Source: Polyangiaceae bacterium (lineage in GTDB: Bacteria > Myxococcota_A > Polyangia > Polyangiales > Polyangiaceae). From it: DNA of 64,000 nt. The notes beneath the pieces are model-generated. The model ran no database searches, had not been told where the DNA came from, and saw nothing but the letters and a program-made list of their open reading frames with translations. The position numbers were made by a program, and so were the translations under genes. How positions within the stretch are numbered: the stretch's first letter is position 1; every line of letters starts with the position of its first letter. The stretch spans positions 736,001-800,000 of the forward strand of contig CBDCTZ010000014.1 of the NCBI GenBank assembly GCA_965222375.1, read 5' to 3'. Of this stretch, positions 46,383-56,105 are shown one piece after another.

Positions 46383-48635
46383 ATGCGTTACGCGGTTTGC
46401 ACGGGACTCGGTTGGTTGCTGCTGTCGTGTGGGGGGCCTGGCCCGAGCGTGGTGCCTGGTCCGGGGCCGGATGTTGCGCCTGCTCCGAGCGTCGAGGCGC
46501 CGAAGAAACCCAGCTACGAAAGCCAAGGTGGCATGTGGGTTCCGCGGCAACTCTCGGAGCATGCCGACACTCTGAAGAAGCTCGGGCTCGAGCTCGATCC
46601 TGCCGCCTTGAGCGATCCGATGCAGTACCCCTTGGGCGCGGTGAGCCAGCTCGGTAGCGGCTGTTCGGCGTCCTTCGTTTCGCCCGAGGGCTTGATCGTG
46701 ACCAATCACCACTGCGTGACGGGGGAGCTGCAGTACAATTCGACACCCAAGCAGGATCTTCTCGCGAACGGCTATCTGGCCAAAACTCGCAAGGACGAGA
46801 AATCCAACGGGCCGTCTGCGCGCGTGTACGTGACTCAAGCGTTTACGGAAGTGACCGCGAAAGTCCGCGAAGGGCTGGACGCCATCAAGGACGCCAAGGC
46901 GCGCCACGACGCGGTCGAAAGTCGGCAGAAGGCGCTGGTCGCCGAATGCGAAAAGAAGCCCAATGTGCGCTGCAACATCGCCGAAAACCTCGGCGGTGGC
47001 GAATACCTGCTGATCGAGCGCCTCGAAATCCGCGACGTACGTCTCGTCTACGCGCCGCACAAGGGTGTGGGCGTCTTTGGCGGCGAAACCGACAACTGGC
47101 GCTGGCCGCGCCACACCGGCGATTTTTCCTTCTTGAGGGCTTACGTCGGCCCCGACGGCAAACCCGCGGACTACTCCGAAAAGAACGTGCCCTACAAGCC
47201 TCGCATGCACCTCAAGCTGGCGAGCAAGCCTTTGGGCGCCGGGGACCTGGTCTTCGTCGCCGGCTACCCCGGGCGTACCTATCGCCTCTACACCGCCGAG
47301 GAGACGGCGGAGGCCGTCGAGTGGTTCTACCCAAAACGCATCGAGCTGTTCAAAGAGTACCTCTCGGAGCTCAAGAAGATCTCCAAGGGTGACGAAGAGG
47401 TTCGGCTCAAGGCAACGCCCATCAGCCGTGGCCTCAGCAACGCGTTGACCTACACCCAAGGCGCTCTTGAAGGGTTGACCAAGGGCGGCGCCCTTTCGAC
47501 GCGAAGAGCGCGAGACGCGAAACTCGCCAAGTGGATCGCTGCCGACGAGAGCCGCAAGGCCAAGTTTGGTAACGTGCTCGCGGAGCTGGACGTCGTGTTC
47601 AAAGAGCGCAAGGCGACCCGGGACGTGGACTTCGCCCTGTGGGAGATCCTGCGGCTCAGCACGATGTTGGACGCGGCCGTCGATGTGGTGCGCATGGCGG
47701 AGGAGCGCCCGAAGAAGGACGCCGCCCGCAAGCCGGCCTATCAGAAACGCAACTGGAAACGCCTGGAGCAGGGCATGGTCAGCCTGAGCAAGCGCTACTC
47801 CCGCAAGCTGGAAGCGGCGATGCTGAAGCTTGCGCTGCTGCGAGCGTCGCGGCTGCCGGACTCCGACGCAAAAAAGAAGATGCTCGCGGCGTTCCTCGGC
47901 AAGACGCCGGCGACCCAAGACAGCATTGGCAAAGCCGTCGACGCGATGCTCGCGGGGACGAAGCTCGAAGACGAAAAGACGCGGGTGAAGCTCATCACCA
48001 AGGCCAATCTGGGGCAGGTGAAGTTCAGTCGCGACCCCATGATCAAGGCGGCCGTCGCGCTGCGCCCTCTGATTGCCGGGCGCGAGGATCGCGAGGATGC
48101 ACGCTCGGGCAACTTCGTAATGCTGCGCCCCAAGTTCGTCGCAGCACTCTCGGAAATGACACCAGGTCCCGTGGCCCCCGACGCCAACGGCACTTTGCGC
48201 GTTACCTTCGGAACCGTGCGCGGCTACGCGCCGAAGCCCGGTGAGCCCGTGTACGATCCCTTCACGCGGGTTGAGGAAATGGTCAAGAAGGCCGGCAAAG
48301 ATCCTTTCGATGCACCGGTCAACGTGCTCAAAGCCGCCCGCAGCAAGAACTTCGGCAGCTATGCGGACCAGAAGCTGGGCACCTTGCCCGTGAACTTCTT
48401 GGCGGATCTGGACATCACCGGGGGCAACTCCGGATCCCCAACCCTCAATGCGCGAGGCGAACTCGTGGGCTTGGCCTTCGACGGCAACTACGAGGCCATG
48501 GCCAGTGACTGGCTCTTCATGAGCGAGATCACGCGCAGCATTCAGGTAGATGCTCGCTACATGCTCTGGGTCATGGACGCCGTGGACGGTGCGGACCACT
48601 TGCTGACGGAGATGGGCGCAAAGCCGCAGCTTTGA
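46383..48635 (+). CDS. S46-family dipeptidyl peptidase
   Basis: GGMW.P, GCSASFVS..GL..TNHHC, DNWRWPRHTGDF, DANGTLR and DITGGNSGSP motifs. Confidence 0.95.
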   Translation: MRYAVCTGLGWLLLSCGGPGPSVVPGPGPDVAPAPSVEAPKKPSYESQGGMWVPRQLSEHADTLKKLGLELDPAALSDPMQYPLGAVSQLGSGCSASFVSPEGLIVTNHHCVTGELQYNSTPKQDLLANGYLAKTRKDEKSNGPSARVYVTQAFTEVTAKVREGLDAIKDAKARHDAVESRQKALVAECEKKPNVRCNIAENLGGGEYLLIERLEIRDVRLVYAPHKGVGVFGGETDNWRWPRHTGDFSFLRAYVGPDGKPADYSEKNVPYKPRMHLKLASKPLGAGDLVFVAGYPGRTYRLYTAEETAEAVEWFYPKRIELFKEYLSELKKISKGDEEVRLKATPISRGLSNALTYTQGALEGLTKGGALSTRRARDAKLAKWIAADESRKAKFGNVLAELDVVFKERKATRDVDFALWEILRLSTMLDAAVDVVRMAEERPKKDAARKPAYQKRNWKRLEQGMVSLSKRYSRKLEAAMLKLALLRASRLPDSDAKKKMLAAFLGKTPATQDSIGKAVDAMLAGTKLEDEKTRVKLITKANLGQVKFSRDPMIKAAVALRPLIAGREDREDARSGNFVMLRPKFVAALSEMTPGPVAPDANGTLRVTFGTVRGYAPKPGEPVYDPFTRVEEMVKKAGKDPFDAPVNVLKAARSKNFGSYADQKLGTLPVNFLADLDITGGNSGSPTLNARGELVGLAFDGNYEAMASDWLFMSEITRSIQVDARYMLWVMDAVDGADHLLTEMGAKPQL

Positions 48636-49594
48636 GCCAGCGCTCCGCCATCAAGACGCTACCCCAGCGGTGGCGCTATGCCCTCAAACCCGCGAGCTGG
48701 CCGAAGCTGCTCGCGCCGATGCTGCTCGGGCAGGCCCTCGGCGTGCACGCGGCGCTTCGGGCCGAGCGCTTCGACGCGGCGCTCTGCACTTGGGTGCTGG
48801 TCGGGGGCACGGCGCTCACGCTGTGCAACTTGGCTTACATCGTCTTGATCAACGACTGGGCCGATCGACAGGTCGACGCCATCAAGCGTCGCATGTTCCC
48901 GGATGCCGGATCGCCCAAGACCATCTACGACGGGATCTTGCCGGCGGCCCACGTGCTGCTCGGGGGTTGCGTCGCAGGCGCGGCGTCCCTGCTCGTCGCC
49001 CTCGGCTTGGCGCTGCGCCTGAGCAACCCGTGGTTACCGTTGGGCGTGGCGCTGGGGCTCGCGGTTTTCTGGTCCTACTCCTTGCCGCCGCTGCGCTTGA
49101 ACTACCGCGGTGGCGGAGAAGTGATGGAAATGCTGGGCGTCGGGTTGGTGTTTCCGTGGATCTTCTACTGTGGCCAAAGCGGTCAAGTTCTCGGCGGGGA
49201 GCTGTGGCTCGTGCTCGGTACCATCCCGATGGCTCTGTCCAGCGCGGTCGCGAGTGGCCTGAGTGATGAAGAGAGTGATCGCCGCGGTGGCAAGCGCACT
49301 TTCGTGACCCTGTTGGGCAATCCGCTTGCACGGCGCCTCATCCGGATTGCGCTGCTAGCTGCCATCTTCGGCTGGGGGATCTCAGCGGTGCTCGCGCCTC
49401 TTTCATTGTGGGTGCCGCTCGGTGCGGCGCTCGCAGTTCAAGTCGGCTACCTGTATGTGGCGCGGGCGGATCAAGGTGCGGAGCGCAGGGCGTTCGTTCA
49501 GCTGTCGAAGCTCAAGCAGATGCTGCACCTGACGATTTGGGGCGGCCAGGGTATCCTGGCCGTACTGGTGATCCTTCACGCGCTGTTCATGTAA
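48632..49594 (+). CDS. UbiA-family prenyltransferase (MenA-like)
   Basis: NDWAD..VD, YSLPPLRL.YRG.GE and D..SD...GK.T motifs. Confidence 0.85.
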   Translation: MSQRSAIKTLPQRWRYALKPASWPKLLAPMLLGQALGVHAALRAERFDAALCTWVLVGGTALTLCNLAYIVLINDWADRQVDAIKRRMFPDAGSPKTIYDGILPAAHVLLGGCVAGAASLLVALGLALRLSNPWLPLGVALGLAVFWSYSLPPLRLNYRGGGEVMEMLGVGLVFPWIFYCGQSGQVLGGELWLVLGTIPMALSSAVASGLSDEESDRRGGKRTFVTLLGNPLARRLIRIALLAAIFGWGISAVLAPLSLWVPLGAALAVQVGYLYVARADQGAERRAFVQLSKLKQMLHLTIWGGQGILAVLVILHALFM

Positions 49595-49605
49595 AAGGTG
49601 GGGCC

Positions 49606-49989
49606 ATGACGGACGTAATCGTAATCTTCGCGGTGGCCGATATCGAGGCGTCGAGCCGTGTGTACGCGGAAGTGTTCGGTTTCGAGATCGAAGTGAAGGC
49701 TGCAAACTACGTCGAGCTGCGCATGACGCCGACTACGAGCTTCGGCTTGTATCAGCGCGACGCGTTTCCGAACAACTTCGATGGCCGCGTCGGGGCTCGG
49801 GAGCCGGGGGCGGCGCAGCCCGCGGAGTTGTATCTGCGCGTCGCGGACGCTGCCAGGGTCATCGAAGCGTTGCGGGCGCGCGGGTTCATGCTGAAGAGCC
49901 CCCTCGCGATGCGCCCGTGGGGGGAGCAGGCTGCCTACTTCCTTGATCCTGACGGCTTCGTGGTAGCGATCGCCCAGCGCGAGTCTTAA
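49606..49989 (+). CDS. VOC/glyoxalase-family protein
   Basis: V.D...S..VY..VFG and PWG...YF.DPDG motifs. Confidence 0.88.
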   Translation: MTDVIVIFAVADIEASSRVYAEVFGFEIEVKAANYVELRMTPTTSFGLYQRDAFPNNFDGRVGAREPGAAQPAELYLRVADAARVIEALRARGFMLKSPLAMRPWGEQAAYFLDPDGFVVAIAQRES

Positions 49990-50014
49990 GCGCCGGTCGT
50001 GGCGCGCCGTGGCA

Positions 50015-50431
50015 CTACAGCCGCAAGCGATATTGGTACGCCGCGGCGTGTTTTGGCAAAAACGCGGTTCTTTCCACGATGGTGGTCAGGCACGCTTCGG
50101 CCTTTTCGTCGCGCAGCTCTGGCTTCATCGGAAACACTTGGACGTGCACCGCTCTGCCGTCCTCCCCCACGCGCCAAGTCAGTACGACCGTGCCCGTCAC
50201 GGACTTCGGATAACAGCGGCGCATTGCGCCTTCGCGTTCTTTGATCAGTGCGACGCCTGACGGTGGCGGTGGAGGCGGCGCGGGCGGTAGGGTGCCAGCC
50301 GGAGCAGCCGACGCCCCGGGCGCGGAGCTCTCCGTGCTCGGCGATGCTTGCGCTGGTTCGGCCGGGGTACGCGGGCAACCCAGCGCCAGGGAGAGCGCTG
50401 CCATCCAGACAAACCGAACAACGTCAGCCAC
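50015..50431 (-). CDS. Small lipoprotein with AgmX/PglI-like (TonB-C-like) domain
   Basis: LALGC lipobox; MRRCY...G.V...V..DG pattern. Confidence 0.6.
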   Translation of the reverse strand: MADVVRFVWMAALSLALGCPRTPAEPAQASPSTESSAPGASAAPAGTLPPAPPPPPPSGVALIKEREGAMRRCYPKSVTGTVVLTWRVGEDGRAVHVQVFPMKPELRDEKAEACLTTIVERTAFLPKHAAAYQYRLRL

Positions 50432-50551
50432 GGGCTGACTTTAGCAGGTCCGCCGCCGGGCGGGGTGAAGGGGCATTGGCCGAGACGCGCCCAGGCAACG
50501 TGAGATTCCGGTTGCCAAAAGTGGCGCCGAGGGACGACTCTCAGCAGCGTC

Positions 50552-51037
50552 GTGAGTCGAGTTCGAATCAGCTTCGTCTGCTTGGGCAACATCTGTCGAT
50601 CTCCGACGGCGGAAGGTGTGATGCGCCACCTCGCCGACGTCGAGGGTGTTGCGGCCTCGCTGGAGATCGATAGTGCCGGCACCAGTGCGTACCATGTGGG
50701 CGAGTCTCCAGATCGGCGAGCGACGGCTGCAGCCAAGCGACGCGGGATCCGCATGGCAGGGGCCTCGCGTCAGTTCAAGCGCAAGGACTTCGAGCGTTTC
50801 GATTACATCTTGGCGATGGACCGAGACAACATGGCCGAGTTGCTGGATCTCGCGCCGGACTCGGACGCGCGATCCAAAGTGCGGCTGTTCCGGAGTTTCG
50901 ATGACACTGCTCCCGAGGGCGCTGGCACGCCGGACCCCTACTACGGCGGTGACCGCGGTTTCGAAACCGTGCTCGATATCTGCGACCGCGCTTGCCGCGG
51001 CCTTTTGGCTCACTTGCGCAAGCAAGGCGCGCTGTAG
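50552..51037 (+). CDS. Low-molecular-weight protein tyrosine phosphatase
   Basis: VCLGNICRS, DSAG and PDPYYG motifs. Confidence 0.95.
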   Translation: MSRVRISFVCLGNICRSPTAEGVMRHLADVEGVAASLEIDSAGTSAYHVGESPDRRATAAAKRRGIRMAGASRQFKRKDFERFDYILAMDRDNMAELLDLAPDSDARSKVRLFRSFDDTAPEGAGTPDPYYGGDRGFETVLDICDRACRGLLAHLRKQGAL

Positions 51038-51903
51038 TGCGCGGGGACACCCTTACCGCCATCGAAGCTGCCCTCGGCGCCCAGGTGCGATCCGAGCGCG
51101 GTTGCTCCGGCGGCGACATCAACGACGCCGCGGTGCTGCAGCTGAGCAGCGGTGACCAGGTGTTCGTGAAGACGAACGAAAGTGCGGCCCCCGCGATGTT
51201 TCCAGCCGAGGCGCGGGGGCTCGACTTCTTGCGCGAAGCGGGCGCTCTGCCGGTACCCCAGGTCATCGCGGTTTCCTCAGGTCGACGCGACGAACCCGCG
51301 TTCTTGGTGCTCGAGTTTCTGGAGCCGAGTCGCCCCGGGCCCGGACACGACGAATGCCTTGGGCGGGGCCTGGCACAGCTGCATCGCGCCGGCACCGACA
51401 GCTTCGGGCTCGACCACGACAACTTCATCGGGCGATTGCCTCAGACCAATTCGCCTTGCGACACCTGGGTCGAATTCTATCGCGAGCGGCGCATCCTGCG
51501 CGAAGTTCGCCGGGCGAGGCATTCCGGGCTCTACAATGCCGGCGACGTGCAGGTCTTCGAGAAGTTGACGGCGCGCTTCGATGATCTGCTCGGCGCCGCC
51601 GAGTCACCCTCGCGACTGCATGGGGATCTGTGGGGCGGCAACCTACACACCAGCGGTGGCGATCCGTGGCTGATCGATCCCGCCGTGTACGGTGGCCACC
51701 GCGAGATCGATCTAGCCATGATGCGCTTGTTCGGAGGCTTCTCCGGCGACGTATTCAGTGCCTACGCCGAAGCCTTTCCGCTCTCGCCCGGACACGCTGA
51801 GCGCGTCGAGCTGTACCAGCTGTACCCCGTGCTCGTTCACGTGAACCTCTTCGGCGGCGGCTACGTCCAGTCCGCTCTGCGCATCGCCCGCCGCTACAGC
51901 TAG
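51037..51903 (+). CDS. Fructosamine kinase family protein
   Basis: GGDIN, FVK, LHGDLWGGN and IDPAVYGGHREIDLAM motifs. Confidence 0.93.
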   Translation: MRGDTLTAIEAALGAQVRSERGCSGGDINDAAVLQLSSGDQVFVKTNESAAPAMFPAEARGLDFLREAGALPVPQVIAVSSGRRDEPAFLVLEFLEPSRPGPGHDECLGRGLAQLHRAGTDSFGLDHDNFIGRLPQTNSPCDTWVEFYRERRILREVRRARHSGLYNAGDVQVFEKLTARFDDLLGAAESPSRLHGDLWGGNLHTSGGDPWLIDPAVYGGHREIDLAMMRLFGGFSGDVFSAYAEAFPLSPGHAERVELYQLYPVLVHVNLFGGGYVQSALRIARRYS

Positions 51904-51984
51904 CGCGCCGCTACAGCTAGCCTGCCGTCGGCGGATTTCGCCAGCCACCCGCTGAGTTCAAATCACCGCTCGCCGACTCGGATC

Positions 51985-52037
51985 TTTGTTTGGGGTCGAG
52001 CAATGGGCCGTCGTTAGGCCACTACTCCCGCACCAGG
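51985..52037 (-). repeat. Dispersed bipartite intergenic motif, copy h
   Basis: Reverse complement reads GTGCGGGAGTAGTGGCC...CGACCCCAAACAAAG. Confidence 0.7.
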
Positions 52038-52054
52038 CCCCGGTAGGGCGCACG

Positions 52055-53368
52055 TTACTGGAGACGCACGTCGTCGAGCAGAATGCCTGCGTGAATGCAA
52101 TCGAACGTAGTATGGTTTTCCCCGAGCACGCTCAGCACGACGTCCTTCCCAGCGTCGGACAATGACAACGAGATGTTTTGCGCTTCGCCGATCAACATGT
52201 CGTCGGGCAAAGCTGTGGTGGTCCCAATGGGTGGCTGGATCTGAGTGCGACTGCTCCCGCCCACCACCGCCGCGGTCAGGCGCAATCTGCTCAAGCCGCT
52301 GACGCACTTCGTGTATAGGCGCAAACTGGCCACCATATGCGTCTCAGTCGCCGTTCGCTGCAGCCGGAGCATCGCATGTGTCCCGGCGGGAACGTGCAAC
52401 ATGTGTGTCCCAGCAATGGCCCCCTCGCCCTTGAACTGCGTGACGATCTGCGGGCCCGTAGGAGGCCAGATACCCGTTGTGGAGTTCGATTCGAAGCCGT
52501 CCTGAGCCAGCACTCCGAAGTCGTCGATGGTAGTCAGCGTCGCGCTGGCTGGAAGCGGGCGCCCGCCTAGGTCCGCGCCAGAAAAACTGAGCTCCAAGTT
52601 GCTTCCGAACGGCAGCACGAGGTCAGAGCCGCCGCCGACAACAAAGCTCTCATCGACAGTGGGCTTCAGCGCCACGACTGCGCCGCTCCCCGCCTCGCGC
52701 ATGGTCATGGTCGTATTTGCGCGCAGCGGTTCGCTGAACGAGAGGTCTAGCGAAAGCAGTCCGCCCACGTCCGGCGGCGACTTGAATGTCGGGTCAGTCG
52801 CATCGACGACCCCAAGCAAGACAGCGGGCCCGTCCCAGTATTCGCCTTGCGAGTCGTACGAGCACTCCTGGCTGGAGTAGGCTCCAGACGCGTTCAGTTG
52901 CGCTGAGCCGCCCGCATCGTGACTGAAACTGAATGTGGCTGCCTCCAGCTGTGTCTTGGGCTGGCAAAAAGCGTTCAGTTTAGGTCCCAGACCGAGGATC
53001 AACGGAGCGTTGAGGTCGAAGCCATGGCTCGTGGCCCTGAGTTTCGCTCGCCCCGCGTTGCCTGGCGTGCCCCACACGACGCTGAGGGCGTCGGGGAGGG
53101 CACGTTCGACGTACAGCGTCACCGGCTCGCATGGCCCAATGCACCAATTCGGCCTGTCGGGGTCTCCAAGAAACCGCACGTCAAAGCTCAGGCCTTCGAG
53201 ATCTGCGGGCGGGATCGCAGCATCTCCAGGCTCGGCGTCGGTTGCTTGCGCATCCTTTGAGGCATCGGTGCCCGCATCCAGCTGACTCCCACCGGCAGCC
53301 CGTGAAGACGACTCCCCACATGCCCCGACGAGGGCGCCAACAAGCACCACTAGAGGAGCGGTCCGCAC
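52055..53368 (-). CDS. Hypothetical lipoprotein
   Basis: LVGAC lipobox; 437-aa beta-rich ORF. Confidence 0.7.
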   Translation of the reverse strand: MRTAPLVVLVGALVGACGESSSRAAGGSQLDAGTDASKDAQATDAEPGDAAIPPADLEGLSFDVRFLGDPDRPNWCIGPCEPVTLYVERALPDALSVVWGTPGNAGRAKLRATSHGFDLNAPLILGLGPKLNAFCQPKTQLEAATFSFSHDAGGSAQLNASGAYSSQECSYDSQGEYWDGPAVLLGVVDATDPTFKSPPDVGGLLSLDLSFSEPLRANTTMTMREAGSGAVVALKPTVDESFVVGGGSDLVLPFGSNLELSFSGADLGGRPLPASATLTTIDDFGVLAQDGFESNSTTGIWPPTGPQIVTQFKGEGAIAGTHMLHVPAGTHAMLRLQRTATETHMVASLRLYTKCVSGLSRLRLTAAVVGGSSRTQIQPPIGTTTALPDDMLIGEAQNISLSLSDAGKDVVLSVLGENHTTFDCIHAGILLDDVRLQ

Positions 53369-53572
53369 CGAAGAAACCTAGCAGTGCTTGCAGAGCCTGG
53401 CCAAACGCGAAGGCTGCAGAACTTGCGGCGGGGTCGGGCTACTCGCTGCTGTGGCGAGCGCCTCGGCATGGACCTGATCGGGAAGAGTCGCCGGCTGGCT
53501 GCGTATGCGGGTGGAGCACCGTGCTGGGCCGCCACGGTCGGAGCAAAGACATTGACTGCTATGGTCGTTGGT

Positions 53573-54421
53573 ATGCGTCGCTGGTCACCCGTTTTGGTGC
53601 TGCTTGCGCTTGCCTGCGCCAGCACGAGGGAGCCGCCGGCGGCGTTGGGCAGTGAGCCGGCACATGCGGCGTCGCCACCCCTGGCGCCGACTTCATCCCG
53701 CGCTTCGAGTCCGCCCCCGGAGCCGAAACCGGAGGCGGCCGTTGCGCCAAAAGCGGCAGCGCCGAAAAAGGCCAAGCCCTGTCGGCACCGTATGAAGCCT
53801 GCGCCAGAGAAAGAGCAGCTCGCGGCGGTCGCGCTGGCGCGCAGCGCACGGCCTGGGGGCAGGGCGACGGGGTCGAAGGGGTTCTACCAGGCCGTGGTCC
53901 CGCAGGGTTTCAAGCGCAACGATCGCGCGCAGCAGTACGACCAGATGCAGATCAACAAGGGCAGGGTGCACGCCTTCGTGCACGACGCAGCGCCCTACGT
54001 TTTCGTCGAGGTGCGCCGCCGCCCGAAGGTCAAAGTCGCGAAAGGTGCGACCCTACGCGTCTGGGCGGAAGCGGTGCTTCGGCAATATGAACCCCTCCAC
54101 GACGCCGTGATCACTCTTGGCGGCCTGAGGGGACCTGCAGCGTTCATCACGAGCGTGCCGGTGTACTTCGCTGACTGGCGCGACAAACGCGGACGCCGCC
54201 ACATGGAATACGCCTACGTGCCCAAGGGCTGTGACCGCTCTGAGGTCTACGAGCGCTTCGTCGAGGTCGGCCACGAACTGATGCAGGTCACCATGGACAT
54301 CAACGGCACGGCCCCACCAGCCATCGCGGCCGCTTGGCTGGACGCCTTCTTCGATGCGCCCCTAGCGACGCAGGCCCCCGCAGCGCGCCGTTTCGCCTAC
54401 GGCGAGCGCCATAACCTGTGA
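53573..54421 (+). CDS. Hypothetical lipoprotein
   Basis: LALAC lipobox, Pro/Ala linker. Confidence 0.65.
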   Translation: MRRWSPVLVLLALACASTREPPAALGSEPAHAASPPLAPTSSRASSPPPEPKPEAAVAPKAAAPKKAKPCRHRMKPAPEKEQLAAVALARSARPGGRATGSKGFYQAVVPQGFKRNDRAQQYDQMQINKGRVHAFVHDAAPYVFVEVRRRPKVKVAKGATLRVWAEAVLRQYEPLHDAVITLGGLRGPAAFITSVPVYFADWRDKRGRRHMEYAYVPKGCDRSEVYERFVEVGHELMQVTMDINGTAPPAIAAAWLDAFFDAPLATQAPAARRFAYGERHNL

Positions 54422-54597
54422 GTTGGCCTCAGCAGCCGAGTCCGCAAACTGGCCGCACTCGAACCGAACGCCTGCGGGTGAACCATCTGGGGGCTATCTG
54501 ACCCAGGTTGAAGCCTGGCTGGGTCGGGTGCGCCCCAGCGCAACCCTAGCTTTTCGCAGCTTGTCGTTCGGCACACGGGTTGCACACGCGGGCGCTC

Positions 54598-55848
54598 ATG
54601 GCTCCGTTCCGCGCTCTAGCTGCAGTCCTTCCTGCGACTCTCGTTTTCCTCGCATGCTCCAGCGGCGCTGGCGGCGGAGGGGGAGGCGGGGGCATGGGTC
54701 CCGATGGAGGTGGCGGGTTCGGTAACTTCGGCGCCTTTGGTGGGTCGAGCGCTGCCGGTGGCGGCGCGGCGACGGGTGGCGCCGCGGGCGGTTCGGCTTG
54801 TGGCGCCGGCTTGTTGCAGTGTGGTGCGGAATGCGTCGACGTGGCGATCGATGCCGCTCACTGTGGAGGCTGCAGTCAGGCTTGCGCGCCGTCGCAGGTT
54901 TGCGTTGGTGGCGGCTGTACCGCGCCCCCAGATGTGTGTCCGCCGGGAGGGTGTCCCGCGGGGAGCTATTGCGATCTGGCTCAGAACAAATGCCTGGCGG
55001 GTTGCCTCAACGACGAGGGCTGCAAGGAGAGCCAGCGCTGCGAAAGCAACAGCTGCGTGGGCTGTCCCACGGGCCTCGGCAACTGCGATCGCATTGCTGC
55101 CGATGGCTGCGAAACTCCCATTGCCACGGATACCCAGAATTGCGGCGCCTGCGGCAAGGTCTGCCCTTCGGGGCGCTCCTGCTCGGGTGGCGCGTGCGTG
55201 TGCGCGGGCAATACCCTGGACTGCGGCGGCAGCTGCGTGGACACTCAAAGCAACGACGCCCACTGCGGTAGCTGCAACAACAAGTGCACGCCCCCTGCGA
55301 ACGCCACGGCATCCTGCGCGGGTGGCAAGTGCCAGACGAACTGCAACACGGGCTACCACCTGTGCGGAACGAGTTGCGCGTCCAACACCGACGTTGCCAC
55401 TTGCGGCACTTCATGCACGCCCTGCACGCCGCCGGCCAATGCGACTGCGACCTGCGACGGGACCAGCTGCGACTTCACCTGCAACACCGGCTACGTGCGG
55501 GATGGCGCTATCTGCGTGGAAAACTGCGCTGCCGCGGGTTGCTCGGGATTCAACTGGTGCGACACGAGCACAGGGCTCTGCAAGGCGGGCTGCACCAAGC
55601 ATACTCAGTGCAAGAACCACGAGTTCTGCGCCATCGCGACCCACGAGTGCCTGGTGACGGCGGACTCGAGTTGTCCAGCTGGGTACAAGTATCACGGTCA
55701 ATGCAGCAACGGGAAATCCCACTGCTCTCACGGCAAGCTGCCCAGTGGTACCAAGTACGTATTCGTGAGTCCGTGCCCCGCGGGCACGGTACAGCGCGGT
55801 AGCTTCTACTGCAGCGACGTGACCCGGATCTGCGTGCCAGATCTTTAA
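54598..55848 (+). CDS. Cys-rich repeat lipoprotein (D..HCG.C..AC repeats)
   Basis: FLAC lipobox, Gly-rich linker, repeated D.xxCG.C motifs. Confidence 0.85.
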   Translation: MAPFRALAAVLPATLVFLACSSGAGGGGGGGGMGPDGGGGFGNFGAFGGSSAAGGGAATGGAAGGSACGAGLLQCGAECVDVAIDAAHCGGCSQACAPSQVCVGGGCTAPPDVCPPGGCPAGSYCDLAQNKCLAGCLNDEGCKESQRCESNSCVGCPTGLGNCDRIAADGCETPIATDTQNCGACGKVCPSGRSCSGGACVCAGNTLDCGGSCVDTQSNDAHCGSCNNKCTPPANATASCAGGKCQTNCNTGYHLCGTSCASNTDVATCGTSCTPCTPPANATATCDGTSCDFTCNTGYVRDGAICVENCAAAGCSGFNWCDTSTGLCKAGCTKHTQCKNHEFCAIATHECLVTADSSCPAGYKYHGQCSNGKSHCSHGKLPSGTKYVFVSPCPAGTVQRGSFYCSDVTRICVPDL

Positions 55849-55965
55849 GCAGGGTGCGCCAGCATGGGCACGTGCCAGCCGCGGCGACTCCGCGCTCGCG
55901 GCCTACCTGCCCAGGCGCGCGGACCATCCCGAGAAGCTTTTCGAGCCCGCGGCCCAAGGCGGGCC

Positions 55966-56016
55966 CGCTCGAGATTAGTGCCCTTGGGCGGCCCAGGGAA
56001 TCGACCCCAAACCCAC
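55966..56016 (+). repeat. Dispersed bipartite intergenic motif, copy i
   Basis: CTCGAGATTAG-N23-CGACCCCAAACCC. Confidence 0.6.
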
Positions 56017-56105
56017 AGTCCAAGCCAGGCAATGCCCAGCAATTCGGCGGCCCTGACGCTCTTGGGTTGACGGCAGCCGGGCGCGGGAGAAGGCAGTCCG
56101 TTGTC

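Noticed and set aside
51891..51922. Short CCGCTACAGCTAGC duplication at the fructosamine kinase stop
   Set aside because: Two copies of 14 bp; most likely trivial slippage.
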